The notes under the pieces were generated by a model. The model worked only from the letters and a program-made list of their open reading frames with translations, was not told the DNA's origin and made no database searches. Positions 27,701 through 38,970 of a stretch of 64,000 bases of DNA are shown piece by piece. Numbering within the stretch: position 1 is the stretch's first letter; every line of letters starts with the position of its first letter. Made by a program: the position numbers and the translations under genes. This DNA is from Acanthaster planci (taxonomy: Eukaryota). The stretch lies in assembly GCF_001949145.1 (NCBI RefSeq), contig NW_019091357.1, forward strand, positions 562,671-626,670, written 5' to 3'.

Positions 27701-30700
27701 CATTTCAGGCAGATCATGCATAGAGCTCACTCAAAGTGGATTAGGAGACGTTCTAACCTTGTTAAAAGTACTAAACGTACAAGTGCTGAAGTCCTAATTT
27801 GATTTTTGTAAATGTCAAAGTTATTTTAACACTACAACATAATGCTGCACCCCCCTGCAGTACTTGACACAAATTTCTTTTAATCAAGAGAGTTGTCTGG
27901 TATCAAATTTACCTTGACAAAAACAGGATTCTATTCACAAATGTTTGACCTTTTCAAGTTGGTGATAGCTTTGTTTTTAGGGGTTAAGCACAGATATAGA
28001 GATGCTTCACCCTTGGGTTGTTGAATCCAAGCTTCCTTTCATCGCCCTCTAATCAAACGTCACATTTGGAACAAAATGTGAGTGCACTCTTGTGTGACAA
28101 ACAAGCGTGAACTTCTGCTTATTTTAAGGACACTGGGTCATTGAAAATAGCACAGCTGCTGGTTATGAGGTTAACATGTCCTTGACAGTTTCCTGGGTTC
28201 ATAAACAGTTGTTTCATAAGACCCCACCCACATCAACCTAACTGCATATATGTGTACTTATTTTAATTTGTTTAGAAGAATTTCATGTGGTGCTTCTGCC
28301 ACCGTTTGCCAGTTTCGGAGGACACACTTTATCTTAATTTTTTTCTCTTAATTCCTGTCATGGCACTGTAAAACCTTAGAACTGTAGACAAACATGTATT
28401 TATAAGATCCAATCATTCAGAAAAAATGTGTAAATGCTGCCGTTGATATTGTTTCTTACTATCGGTGTTTATGTTGTAGAAAATAGGAAATTAAAGTTAG
28501 TGTTGTGGTATACTTTTTATGTTGTTTATAAAGTTTGGGAGTGCATCCATATTTTTCCTGATGTTTTAATAGTTGGTAGCAAGAATGCTGCAAATATGAA
28601 TGTTGGGTGCGATCAGATGGTCTGCACAATTCCCCGATCACTTTGCATGATTGCTCGATCACTCTGTAAGACTGTAGGATTGCTCGATCTTGTATGAAAT
28701 CTCCAACTGTACTTTCCTTTTTGAAACAATCCTCCACAATTGTCAATTTACAAAGAAAAGACAATTGACTGATTGGCAGAATTATCAAACAATCATGCAG
28801 TGAGATTGACTGATCATGCAAAGATTGAGCGATTGAGCAAACTGACTGATCATGATGCAAGTGCTTCTGACAAGTAGGCTTTGGTAGAGAGGTGGGCTTT
28901 GTGGTTAGATAAGTTTGTATATTGTACATGTATAAACATCATTCATACTTAGGGTTGTAGTTTGTAACTCTGCATATTTATTGATATCTTTTGTCTCGAA
29001 GTTCAGGGGAATAAATTCATGCAAAATACATATTACATATACCAGCTTGCATAAACCTGTGGGTACATATACCAGCTTACACAAACCTTGAATAATTGGG
29101 GTTGGAATGAAAAAAAAGTTGTGCTTCCCGTTTCTCTACATACTCTATTTTGATAGTCCGACCCTCCATTTTTATTGAAGGTGGAGAATTGGGGAAATTC
29201 CAAATTTGAAATAAAGAAAAAAATTGGGTCTATTGCAGCTTGAATGCTAAAAGGTTCAGTGACATTATTTTTGCATGCAACTCGTACCCTTTGAAGTGGT
29301 GTTCATTCAATAAATGCCTCCAGTTCAGTTCAGTTTCCAATAGCAACAGCAGGAAACAAAATCTTATTCATGCAGCAGGTTTAGAGGGATAAACCGTGTG
29401 ACTGTGATGTTTCCTGATAAACAGGAACCTAAATTATGTGTTTTACTATTTTAAAAGAAGTTTCAGGGACAACATGTTTATGTTAAACACGTGTAAACAA
29501 AAATATAATGTCTGATTTTTGTCCCCAAAACTCTTCAATCCTAGTCAGGCAATATTTTGCAAGTTACTTTTAGAAAGGTACCAGAACCAGTACTTCCTGG
29601 TACTTCAGCACTCACTTCCTCATTTATCAGTGACAGTGGTCAAAAGGTCAGAATGTTGGATACAATTTCACTCCCAGAAAAGAATTACAAGGTTTTTTTT
29701 TTGGTGGACTCTTTAACTTGTAGATTTCTATGCTGTGCAAGATTTGTTTTAATCCTCGAATCAGGTGTGACATTTTTGTGTCCCTTTTACATCTGATCCT
29801 TGTTATTTGACTTGGACATATCACTGGAATCGATTTCAAACTATTGCTATATGTATTTGTTTGGCAGGTAATCTGCATTAATTCATTACTCTTGGAAATT
29901 AGAAAATGTGTTCTGAACTTACAAAATCATATGTAAGATGTAACAGGGACATGAGAAAAAATGGATCCCTAATTTCTGAAATTACCCTTATATAAGTTTT
30001 GCTTCCGGGGTAAATGCAGGGACTTAAATAGAGTCCTACTAAACAAACAACTAAACATCTGAAGTAACCAGCTATTCACCCTAACAGTCCCAAATCCTCC
30101 AATTTCAATACGATTCTACATACACCCTAGGGGGTTAGGGTTTTAAAAGAGGTTCACATGCATGCAATGAGAAATACAATATACATGGTTGGTCTATTGT
30201 ATTGGTATACATTGGTATGTACTGGAACTTACCACAAGAACTGTCTAAACTGAAGACACACTTATTTAATATTCCCTTGAATTTAGGCACATTTGTTTCT
30301 GCCTGCATTAAAAGTTCTCATGTAATGGTCTTCTCTTTCTCCATCTCTTTGTTAGAGCTTTGCTGAGATACTTTATAGTTGCATGTTGAGCATTGTTTAA
30401 TGATGGATTTGGCGTGCTATAAATATTCATAATTGTCATTATTATTTATCTTTTTTTTTTTTGGGAATTGTAATGTAGTATTGATAACTTCTAATCCTGT
30501 TGAAACATTTGTGAATGGATCTCCAATGTGTGTGAACCTGTGTGTACATGTACATGCATGGCATATATGTTTGCATGGATCGGCAAGAGTGAACTGTTTT
30601 TGTTTTGGGGGGGTTTTTTGGTTTTTTTAAGCTGTGTATGTATATGGTTGTAAAATAATATTGTACCAGGAGTTGGAGGCTAAGTACAGCTGGAGTGTTT

Positions 30701-33700
30701 CAACAAACTAAATATGCAAACTCTTTGAAATAGTTTTTGTAAAAAACAAATGTCAGTGATTGTTAGTTTTTTGTGTTCCTTTTATTCCAATGTTGCGCTT
30801 GTTTACAGACTGATTAGACAAAATTGCTGTACTTGTATGTTATTATGTAAAAACATTAATTAAAATATCAGTGAAAGATTCCAAGTATCTACTAATTTTT
30901 TTTTCTGTGTCTTAGGTCAATTTTAAATCAGTACGTACATGTATGTAAACTGCGCTGATTTAGAAGGTGCATAAAGAAATGTAAACAAGGTTTTAATGGA
31001 TAGAGCTATGGTTAAATTTTCTAAAAGCAATTTTGAAACTTAAGCCTGCAATATTGCTGTTGAGTCAGATTTTATTCTTTTGAAAAACCTATTCTAGAGG
31101 CAAAATGAAGGTTCCATAATGTGTTTACGAAATATTTTTCATACTTGTTAAATCAAACATGGCAGTAGCAGGCCATTTGTTTATCAGATGCACCCTTCGG
31201 GGTGAGATTTACATGTAATGGTAGTAACTTTCCTCTGAATTGATTAATGGAGACATTGAGGAATGTTGGTAAACATCTGCAAGGAATATATGCAGACAAT
31301 GCTGTGCAAGCAACCTTCACTGTCCTCCTACAAAATTTGTAATGGGCAAGGGGTACCTGAACCAGATGTCAGGGTCAGGTGCATTTCATTAGTCTGGCCC
31401 AGGCAGTTTCAATTCAGGCCTGGAGGATGGGGGGGGGGACATTCCTGGCACCTGCCAGTATAATGAGGACATTCTTGGAACTGACCACAAACAAATGGTG
31501 GTACCTGCATTTCATTCAGCCTGGGTCACGTACTTTCATGTTGAGGCCTTTTCGCTTTCACACTTCTGATACATGTACATCAAAATAAATATGAATATAG
31601 ACGGGCATCATTGGCTTCAATGTACCAAGGTTTTAGAGCAGATCATAACATGGTCTGCAGGGTTGTGTAGAAACGTGTCACTTTCACAAACAGGACCGAT
31701 AGAAGGAATAGAAAATGGATAATCATCACTTGCTTTTGACAATTCATGTTACCAGTCAAATCTTTATCCTATATTTTCAATCAATCTTTTTAATTCTTTT
31801 TAATTGAGTGAGTCCAAGAGTTACAAGAGAATATTTGTGTCGTTTCCAAAATTGGGTGGTATGAAATTTTAGAAATTGTCAAACTAAACATCCAAACCGG
31901 ACTTGTGGGTTGGTTTTTACTTTCATTTTGATAGTTGTTGAATCACCCAACTGGTAATGATGTCGGCATACCAGGAACTGATTATTTATATTTGTAACTG
32001 AAACCTGACAATGGTCTGACAAACTCGGATAAACTGACAGAGTTTGTCAATAGATCAACCTGATTTTTTTTAACGGGAAATAAATAAAAAATCCCTAAAA
32101 TTTCCTGTGGCCCCCCAAACATCTTATTTTAATGAGAATTTAGAGTCAGGCACTGTATGCATGATTTCAAATACTAAATACCCACCTGCCAAAATTATAC
32201 TTTAGTTGGGTCTGTTAATGTATTTCCAATAATTTCATCGATTTGTGGGGGGGGTATCAACCAAAGACAAAATATCAATGTCGTCAACTGACACCAGAGA
32301 TTCAACCCTCTGCGACCCTTTAGAACTATGACTGTTACTGGAATGCTTTATAAGCTCAATGAACAGGGGTAAAAATAATGTGCTTATAGAGACATACACA
32401 TCATCAGTCTAGATTCTGAGCGTCATTATCCAATACAGAAAGTGACTCACCTTCATATTTCTTGTCTCCGGTCAAGATCTTCTGGCTCTCCTCAAAATAC
32501 TGGTTCGGGTGTTGAATAGCAACATCTGATTTGGCATTCTGTTTAAAAATGATATGACAAATGATAAAAAACAACAGCCACGTGAAAAAAGAAGAGCTTT
32601 TACTTGGGCTAGACCCTATTTCAAAATTCTAGTACTCTCTTGGCAGTTGTAACAAAAGACATTTCGGAATACTCTGGACAATTTAATCAGGATTTCAGCT
32701 TATACTGCATATTGCAATATTCTTATCAATTATTAAATCTAAGTTAAAATGGTATCATTATGGGGGGCCAACATTAACTTTGGAAGTCCAAAACTTCCAC
32801 ATTGACCAGTTTTTAAAAACTAGGCCAATATCAAAGTTAAAAATGAAACAGAACAACACTAAATATGTTTTGTGCCGTTACACATCATGAGGAACTTACG
32901 CCATGTGTCAGCATGAAGTACTTGGAACAGGCAACCTGATAGTGAGATTTGTTGACAAGATCAATGATCTGTAAAAGATAAAAAAAGGCTCAATTGCAAA
33001 GATGTACTGGAGCAGTAGAAATAGAGCTGTTGAATTACCCCCGTAAAAAGCCTCAGGGGTTAGAAATATATCTTGGTTTAGGGAGTACCCAAAAGCTCAG
33101 ACAGGAATCGAACCCGGGCAGCAGTGGTGAGAGGAAAGTGCTCTACCCAGTAGCTAACCATGCTTACCAATATTGCCATTTATTTGAATTAGCTTCTGCC
33201 TTGTCTTTGGACTGGATTTGATGATTTGTGATGGACTAGTACTTGACTGTGATGAGGTTGATGACTTTTTGGATGATTTGATTAAACTCCTCTTTCCCTA
33301 CCTCGTCTATGCCAGACTGGTTGACCTTGTAAGCACCAAGTCGCTGTTTCAATAGATTGCTGTCGGTATGACGGAACGGACAACCTGGTGTAAAAACAAT
33401 CAAAATAGCTTTCCTAAAATCTTCAAATGTTTACACGAAAAGCTAAATGGACAATGCCTCCCTCAGTGGGTCATGCCCTGAGCCAATAGCCTCATTTGTT
33501 TAATAATAATATGCCCTTGGTGCTTATTAAGCACTTAATGGTAACACTGGACCTCTCAGCGATGTATACGTATTACCCCCTGCTCACCGGGCCATGAGGT
33601 ACCCCAAGTTTTCCACAGCAGCCTGCGATCCGCACAATATGATTTCTACCCTCACAGGTAACCATTAATACTTCCAGGTGGAGACAAGCAATTTTGGTCA

Positions 33701-36700
33701 AGTGACTCGCCGAAAAAGACATAAGCACCATGGCACTTATGTGGTTCATTCCAATATAGCACTGAGAGTGNNNNNNNNNNNNNNNNNNNNNNNNNNNNNN
33801 NNNNNNNNNNNNNNNNNNNNNNNNNNNNNNNNNNNNNNNNNNNNNNNNNNNNNNNNNNNNNNNNNNNNNNNNNNNNNNNNNNNNNNNNNNNNNNNNNNNN
33901 NNNNNNNNNNNNNNNNNNNNNNNNNNNNNNNNNNNNNNNNNNNNNNNNNNNNNNNNNNNNNNNNNNNNNNNNNNNNNNNNNNNNNNNNNNNNNNNNNNNN
34001 NNNNNNNNNNNNNNNNNNNNNNNNNNNNNNNNNNNNNNNNNNNNNNNNNNNNNNNNNNNNNNNNNNNNNNNNNNNNNNNNNNNNNNNNNNNNNNNNNNNN
34101 NNNNNNNNNNNNNNNNNNNNNNNNNNNNNNNNNNNNNNNNNNNNNNNNNNNNNNNNNNNNNNNNNNNNNNNNNNNNNNNNNNNNNNNNNNNNNNNNNNNN
34201 NNNNNNNNNNNNNNNNNNNNNNNNNNNNNNNNNNNNNNNNNNNNNNNNNNNNNNNNNNNNNNNNNNNNNNNNNNNNNNNNNNNNNNNNNNNNNNNNNNNN
34301 NNNNNNNNNNNNNNNNNNNNNNNNNNNNNNNNNNNNNNNNNNNNNNNNNNNAACATCGCACCTGCTGGACTATAGTTCCATACCATGGTTAAGAGCTTAC
34401 TGTATTATGACTTACCATGATGGTCTCCTGTGGCCGGGGCATTAGTCATAATGATCTTCATGCAGCTATACGGCGTATAGTCAGTTCGCTTTCCCTCCTT
34501 ACCGTAACTATGACGGATGTTGTAAGCATACTGCTTCTCAAACTGGACAGAGGAACAAAAAAGAATGCAAACTCTGCATCTCAAAAATAAATCGCCTCTT
34601 ATTGTAAATCCACGATAAAAGACATGCCATCAAACTCTGAATTATAAGCAGAAAACTTGTTCTTTGTTGTCATTAACAAATTTTAAAGATTCAAAAGATT
34701 CCAGAACCTTGTTTCGTCGTAAGCAAGAGGTCTAAAGTTCAAGTCCTCTAAGACTCATCCCAACAAAGTCCACAAGCTCTAGGCAAAGTGTAGAGAGGGG
34801 CAAACTCATTCTTACAAACAAAATGACAGTCTACTGTAAACAAAGTACCTTGTCTACATCCATAATCTTGGAGAATTCACTTCTCCAGAAGGTCAAAGCC
34901 TGCTCCAAGGTCAAGCCAATTCCTTTCAGGAACAGACCGTACTGCATACGGCCATGATGGCGGAGGTGATGGTTTTCCCGAAAGGCGGAGTGAAGTTGCC
35001 GCATGCAGAGGGGGAAGGACTTCCTGGCATGCTAAATCAGGAAAAGAATCAAATAAAAAACCCTTAAGAGATGGACTAGACTAGTTAGCATACTGGTACT
35101 TGGTTTGAATGCAAGCCAGGCTAATCTTTGTGTTGGCTTTTAGTCCACTCTACAAGTCTTTACGTTGATATCACACTGTCTATTACATGGACAACATTTC
35201 ACACACCTGTTGCTGGACGTGCAACTTGATTAGGTCAAGCTGTTTTAGAAATAACATAAGTCAGGTATGCAATGAATGATACATGCTCACATTTAAATGA
35301 ACATCCATCTGTCATGAGTTGATGCACACCCTCATCAGTAAAGGAAAGACAGGCTAGTGGGAAATTTCCAACCAGGTGATTGGCGCAAACGCGAGGACCG
35401 TACATTCCAACATAAAATGGTTGTGCTCCATGTAAACACATGCTCTCTCCTGTTACCGCTCGAAGCAGACTGTAAACTCAATCCAGCTCTGAAGCTTACC
35501 ATGTCCATGTCTTTGAGTTCAATCTTGCCCATGTTGGATTTGCCACTGCTGTAGTTCTGCCCCAGATACTGTTTACTGAGGTTGTTGAGCATCGGAAGAA
35601 GGCGGTCATCTTCCTCAAGGTGTGGGATACTCCTGGCTGTCACCTGCATTTGATTAATTGAACAGTGTTGTTGTCGAGACCACTTAAGACCTTCACAGGA
35701 CCACCACATGACAAGCTATTCAAATGAACTGCAACAAATCCATTCCTTTGTAATCTTTCACCCTGTTACTTGTGACTGGTCTTGTGACTGGTCTTGTGTG
35801 TGGTCTTGTGATGGTCTTGACTACAACACTGGAATTGAATCACTTCAGATAAGGACTACTCCACTGAAAACACTTGTCCAAAAAGAATTTGGAAGACTTT
35901 GTCCAAGCAAACAAGTACGTATTCCTGTGAGCTTGCATGGCAATAACCTTGAGGGCCCCAAACGTTCCAATTTGAAATATCCTGAGCTATCTGCTTGATT
36001 TTAGATCTGTTCAAGATAATAGATAGTTAAGACCACTTACTGCGAGCGCTTGAGACAGGTGTGCTCGGAAAGCACTCAGAATGATAGACACCAAGTCATT
36101 GTGAGGGACATAAGCCCACCCCTTGTGGACATAGATCTTCCGAGCTCTGACTAAGTCCAATGCTTCTGTAAATGGTACCTGAATATAACGTTAAAGAAAT
36201 AAATCTTGGAATACATGCCACAAGAAAATCTCGACATTCAGTGCCAAGAGTTGGGTCAAATATTAGAAAATTGATCATAACATTTTTGAGGGCTTGGCAT
36301 TTGACAAATTGGAAAAGGCTATAACTGGCACTGAGATTTAAGTGGAATATCAAGTGAAGTCCAATTATTCAATGCAAGTTTTTTTAAGGAACTGGGACAA
36401 CCAAGTTGTACTTAAAAAATCTCTCACAAAACATTGTGTCAAAAATTCTGAGTAATACAGATTTAGTGTTGGCCAGTGAGTGTTTGTGAGTTGCTAGAAT
36501 CTTGGATCAGGTTTACAGACTTGTTGATACCTTGTAGAAATCAGTATGCTCAATCATTGCCATAGACATACTGTAGCTACTTGCACAGAGATACTTGGCT
36601 ACTTGCCGCTTCTCCTCATCGGGAATCTGAACAAAATTAAACAAACACACAGACCTCAATCTCCAAACCAAAAAGCGTCACACTACACATCATTTGTCGT

Positions 36701-38705
36701 CAACTGCATTCAATAAAAAAGAATGAAAAAAGAACAGTCCTCTTTGACTTACAGGAGTGAAATGAAGATCGTTTTCTTGTAGGAATCGTGCAACTTCTCT
36801 CTTATCCGTCTCCATCAAGAAGCGATAGCGGAAGAGATCCATTTCCTGAGCAATGAACCAACGTCTCAGATCCTCCCTGCAAGTAACAGACACAGCAAGA
36901 AATCACTCTCTTGGAGAACAGCGCCAGTACCACATTGGGGGTTCATGGTTTCACTTCACACTTGTATAATTCCATGCCATTGGAGACATTAACATGTACG
37001 TGATGAGACATGCTGCCTTTGTTCTACCCTTGATCTGCAAACAGCCAAGGTCTGGCAAATACATCTTGAAAATAGCCCAAGTCTGGTTTTTAACTTTGAT
37101 GGGTGAAGCGCTGTCAAGCTTGGCGGCACGGAATGGTATTATTGACTTATTCTAATGGATCCCATCAATTTACAACCCCGGAGTTTGTTGAAATTTGATG
37201 GGTTGAGTTCTGTGTACATATGAAACTTACTACACAAAGTGTTGGGTTATGACAGGATGAGTACTGTTAAGATGCAGTAGCAGTGATTGGTTTTGACTGA
37301 GTGGGGATGGTTGGTAATACCCAGTACTAGCTGGTGGGTGTTTGCTGATTAATGCTGCTGGTATGGGTGGCATGTAAACAATGGTGGTCATTTGGTCATG
37401 TACCTGTACTTAAGGAGTAGAATAACTTACTCTAGAGTGTTTGGTGACCTTGCTTTTTTAAGAACAGTCACAGATAAAGACAAAGAAATCTTAGCCCCCC
37501 CAACAAAGACAATTGAAGGGATGAGTACACTGTGTTCCCATTCCGATAGAATATGACCAAGTATCCCAACTCAGCCAAAACCCAACAGTTTACTGCCTGT
37601 TGGAGTTTGTTGGGCTGTGTACTGATATAGCAAGGGACTGTTGAAATCCGGAGGGTTGAGTACATACACCCCACCCAGCAACAACAGGGTGCTGGAATTT
37701 GACGGGTTGAGTCAGCCTTCTAGACAAAATGCTGAGGGGGTTAGGGTTAAGGAGCTAGAATGTTCAGTCATCAGGCCCATCAGATTTTCTGGTCTAGTAA
37801 TGTGATTGTTGAGTTGAAGTAAGCTTTCACTTACGATTTGCAGTAGGCCAACCTCAGAATAAAGTGAGATATATGATCTTTTCTTCTTTCTTCAAAATCA
37901 TCCTTCAAATCCTGCATAAGATAAATATTAATTTTTTTAATGGTAAAACTCAATGGCTCTTTGAATGGATGCTTTGATGATTGTAGGAAGTGATAGATCA
38001 GCTCTGCCAACAGTCACTACAAACCCACCAGGTTTATCTTTACCTTTCTGACAGCTACAGGCATGAGATGTCGTAGGTCTCGGTCCATGTATTCCTTGTA
38101 CTTGTCAGTTCCTTTTACATAGCTCTGCCCAGCTTGTTCCACATGACGCAGCACTAGTTATACAAATCAGAGATTCAATTATGAAAATGAACTGTCATTT
38201 CAAATGCCCTGTGTGACACATGTCAGAAGTTGGCCTAAACTTTATGATTACCTTCGCCTTAGGCCTACATGTATTTTTATTTGACAATATGACTTTTAGT
38301 TGTTTAATGTGCAGATGTATGACAATCGTTAGCATGGTTAGGAATGAATTTACTAATTTATTTAATGTAGGCTAAGCCTAAAAATTTATCAGCTTGGCCA
38401 TGTTGGCACGCTTGGTTGCACGGTGACATTTGAAAACAAGTCCTAGGCCTGCGTGTACATTCATATGTCCCGATTACCATGATTACACATTGTGTAAAAA
38501 ACAATTCTTCACCTTTCACTCTGGAAATCGCAAATTCCTCAAATTCATTCAATGAGATGTTGTCTGTAGGCGGCAGCCGGTAGAATTGTAGCCGATGCGA
38601 GTACTGCCCAAACATGCCAAAGCCAGCACTACTGCGAACTTGGCCCTTGTTTCTCCCTCTTTGTTGCCGTTGAAGGGCATTTTTACGCTCTCCACCGAAC
38701 TGCAT
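21719..38705 (-). CDS. PRIM2: DNA primase large subunit (p58), ~543 aa, 13 exons
   Basis: Exons 38513-38705, 38044-38153, 37835-37911, 36753-36876, 36531-36626, 36041-36178, 35500-35643, 34849-35031, 34416-34542, 33302-33384, 32900-32968, 32451-32538 and (inferred) 21719-21918 are all phase-consistent. Motifs: [98 protein letters not shown] and HPNQYFEES (Fe-S cysteines present). Gene identity is very well supported; the terminal exon assignment is less so. Confidence 0.9.
21948..22078. repeat. 29-bp minisatellite, ~4.5 copies
   Basis: Unit TATTAATCACTGGGTATTGATTATCGCNT is repeated head-to-tail from 21963, with a partial copy from 21948. Confidence 0.95.
22860..22960 (+). promoter_or_regulatory. 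Promoter of the RING-NHL gene
   Basis: Perfect CRE TGACGTCA at 22874-22881, NRF1-like GCGCATGC at ~22886 and ETS CCGGAAGT at 22930-22937, CpG-rich. Followed by a donor CG|GTAAGT at 23088 and an acceptor TTTCAG at 24109, just before the ATG. Confidence 0.65.
24158..26920 (+). CDS. TRIM-NHL-like RING E3 ligase (RING, coiled coil, long Ser/Pro/Thr-rich linker, ~6 NHL repeats); single coding exon, 920 aa
   Basis: C3HC4 [12 protein letters not shown]...[15 protein letters not shown]...CPQCR followed by LPNNF, then a heptad-rich segment. NHL repeats [45 protein letters not shown] and FDEPIGVAS carry D..NHRIQ-type motifs. No B-box or filamin domain is visible. Confidence 0.93.
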   Translation: MAEELQRILECPMCLELFDSSERWPKLMPCQHTFCRVCLVQLDKQGMITCPQCRHQCKSPPGGAYQLPNNFTMLALLDVHKKSAPSTKSNLTSSSEPAQEKAADESVQKAIAELAQKLQQKAGDLAGIDTKRKKVEEKFLAVKGQVDAAFESRARDLQIRKEAVIKQLAAMRKEELNLMDTQKASAYQYIQKFQKDFAVMRESILTSQQPTQDQYNQLLTMCHHYTQQIDQYALSIDENLHEVSFTDPNRTQLAVSINSYGILQATSIDKNRSKPSNAIILQLQSPPSSTATTVTGSTSPGTPDGSATPTNSATPSVFTRNSSAPEISLVSLNRSLPHVASSPDVHQQDGSPSVSRSSSRSASPQLASRNRSQTVPNMNPIAEAQNPSVNSSSTAGTPVGKDSTGSVFVLSGNPSSVGSPEGTARERSESSPATNRQTEASHTRNPFSLAGESVSNEGSLNTPPNPPESTTPARRISAPSQILSSSVPVSRRPAAGDAARPSLTKHASFDQSTPNRAKPAIPARPKLNSSTRHGSIDFSQGHTTASGDLSRSLTPIREKNMGQNRPVSLSTASNSSQQSGTATSPEGPIPPLPPRRIKTTQPNRPRSMSADSSSSLGGKSTWVRFDTIGSRSRRFGKNGAKEIAVIGSGWFGGSFFERPTGVAVLPHNLMAIVDERHHCITMVTEAGQLVKSLGSQGNGQGQFQFPKSICLNRRQQMIVSDWWNHRIQIWDMNGMFISQFGTRGLQASQLNGPLGVACDASDNIFVCDTNNHCVKVFSPEGKYLRQIGKEGQGEGNFICPSHLVVSPGGELLITDSGKHCVQMFSNHGTFLYQFGDWGTGPGQLNCPSGIMIDPTGYLFVSSSGNHRIEVYNPSGSFAVSLGTHGMEEGQFDEPIGVASTSEGQVVVCDSGNKRVQIMWP
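29813..29987. mobile_element. Second, left-truncated or diverged copy of the 39649-39848 MITE
   Basis: Colinear match (atatcac..gaat.gatttcaaactatt...tttgtttggcaggtaat.tgcattaatt...ctcttggaaattag...gttctgaactta.aaaatca...acagggacatga) ending in the right TIR tggatccctaatttctgaaattaccc. Confidence 0.85.
33096..33164 (-). mobile_element. tRNA-derived SINE head fragment in PRIM2 intron
   Basis: Minus strand reads agcatggttagctactgggtagagcactt...cccgggttcgattcctg, with an A-box-like motif and B box GGTTCGATTCC. No intact cloverleaf. Confidence 0.6.
33771..34350. other. Assembly gap (580 N) within a PRIM2 intron
   Basis: Run of n characters. The flanking PRIM2 exons join in phase, so no coding exon needs to lie in the gap. 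Confidence 1.
35771..35820. repeat. Short 12-bp tandem repeat (TGTGACTGGTCT x ~4)
   Basis: tgtgactggtct tgtgactggtct tgtgtgtggtct tgtgatggtct. Confidence 0.8.
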
Positions 38706-38970
38706 CTTCAGCTTGTAGAGATATGGCTAGACAACTCGCCGATAAATGATGAAAATTGTGAAATAGAACGATTTTAATTGAGAAAAGTGTCAACGTTCTT
38801 CCAGAACGCAGAAGCTTATTCACTTCACGACAAAAATGATTCGCGCCACATCTTCGGATTTGTGTCAAAGTGCTACTGCATATTCATCACGAGGGGAAAT
38901 AAGTCTTAATGATTGGTTGAGCTTGCCAAATGTGTGGAGTAAATATCGCAATCAAACGAGCAAATCCAAG
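38706..38970. promoter_or_regulatory. Bidirectional promoter between PRIM2 and MECR
   Basis: Only 265 bp separate the divergent ATGs. E2F-like TTCGCGCC at ~38840 and reverse CCAAT (GATTGG) at 38911. Confidence 0.75.

Noticed and set aside
31260..32400. Nearer candidate terminal exons for PRIM2
   Set aside because: The phase-compatible acceptors I tried give an immediate stop (GGQ*, EV*) or a non-PRIM2-like hydrophobic peptide. They cannot be excluded as minor isoforms.
33573..34445. Three 244-262 aa ORFs in the ORF track
   Set aside because: Artefacts of translating through the 580-N gap.
37735..37755. Telomere-like GGGTTAGGGTTA (also near 30130)
   Set aside because: Only two units, too short to call an interstitial telomeric array.
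38836..38970. In-frame upstream ATG extending MECR by 45 aa
   Set aside because: It lies in the middle of the 265-bp shared promoter and would mask the presequence. The ATG at 38971 has good context (AAGATG).
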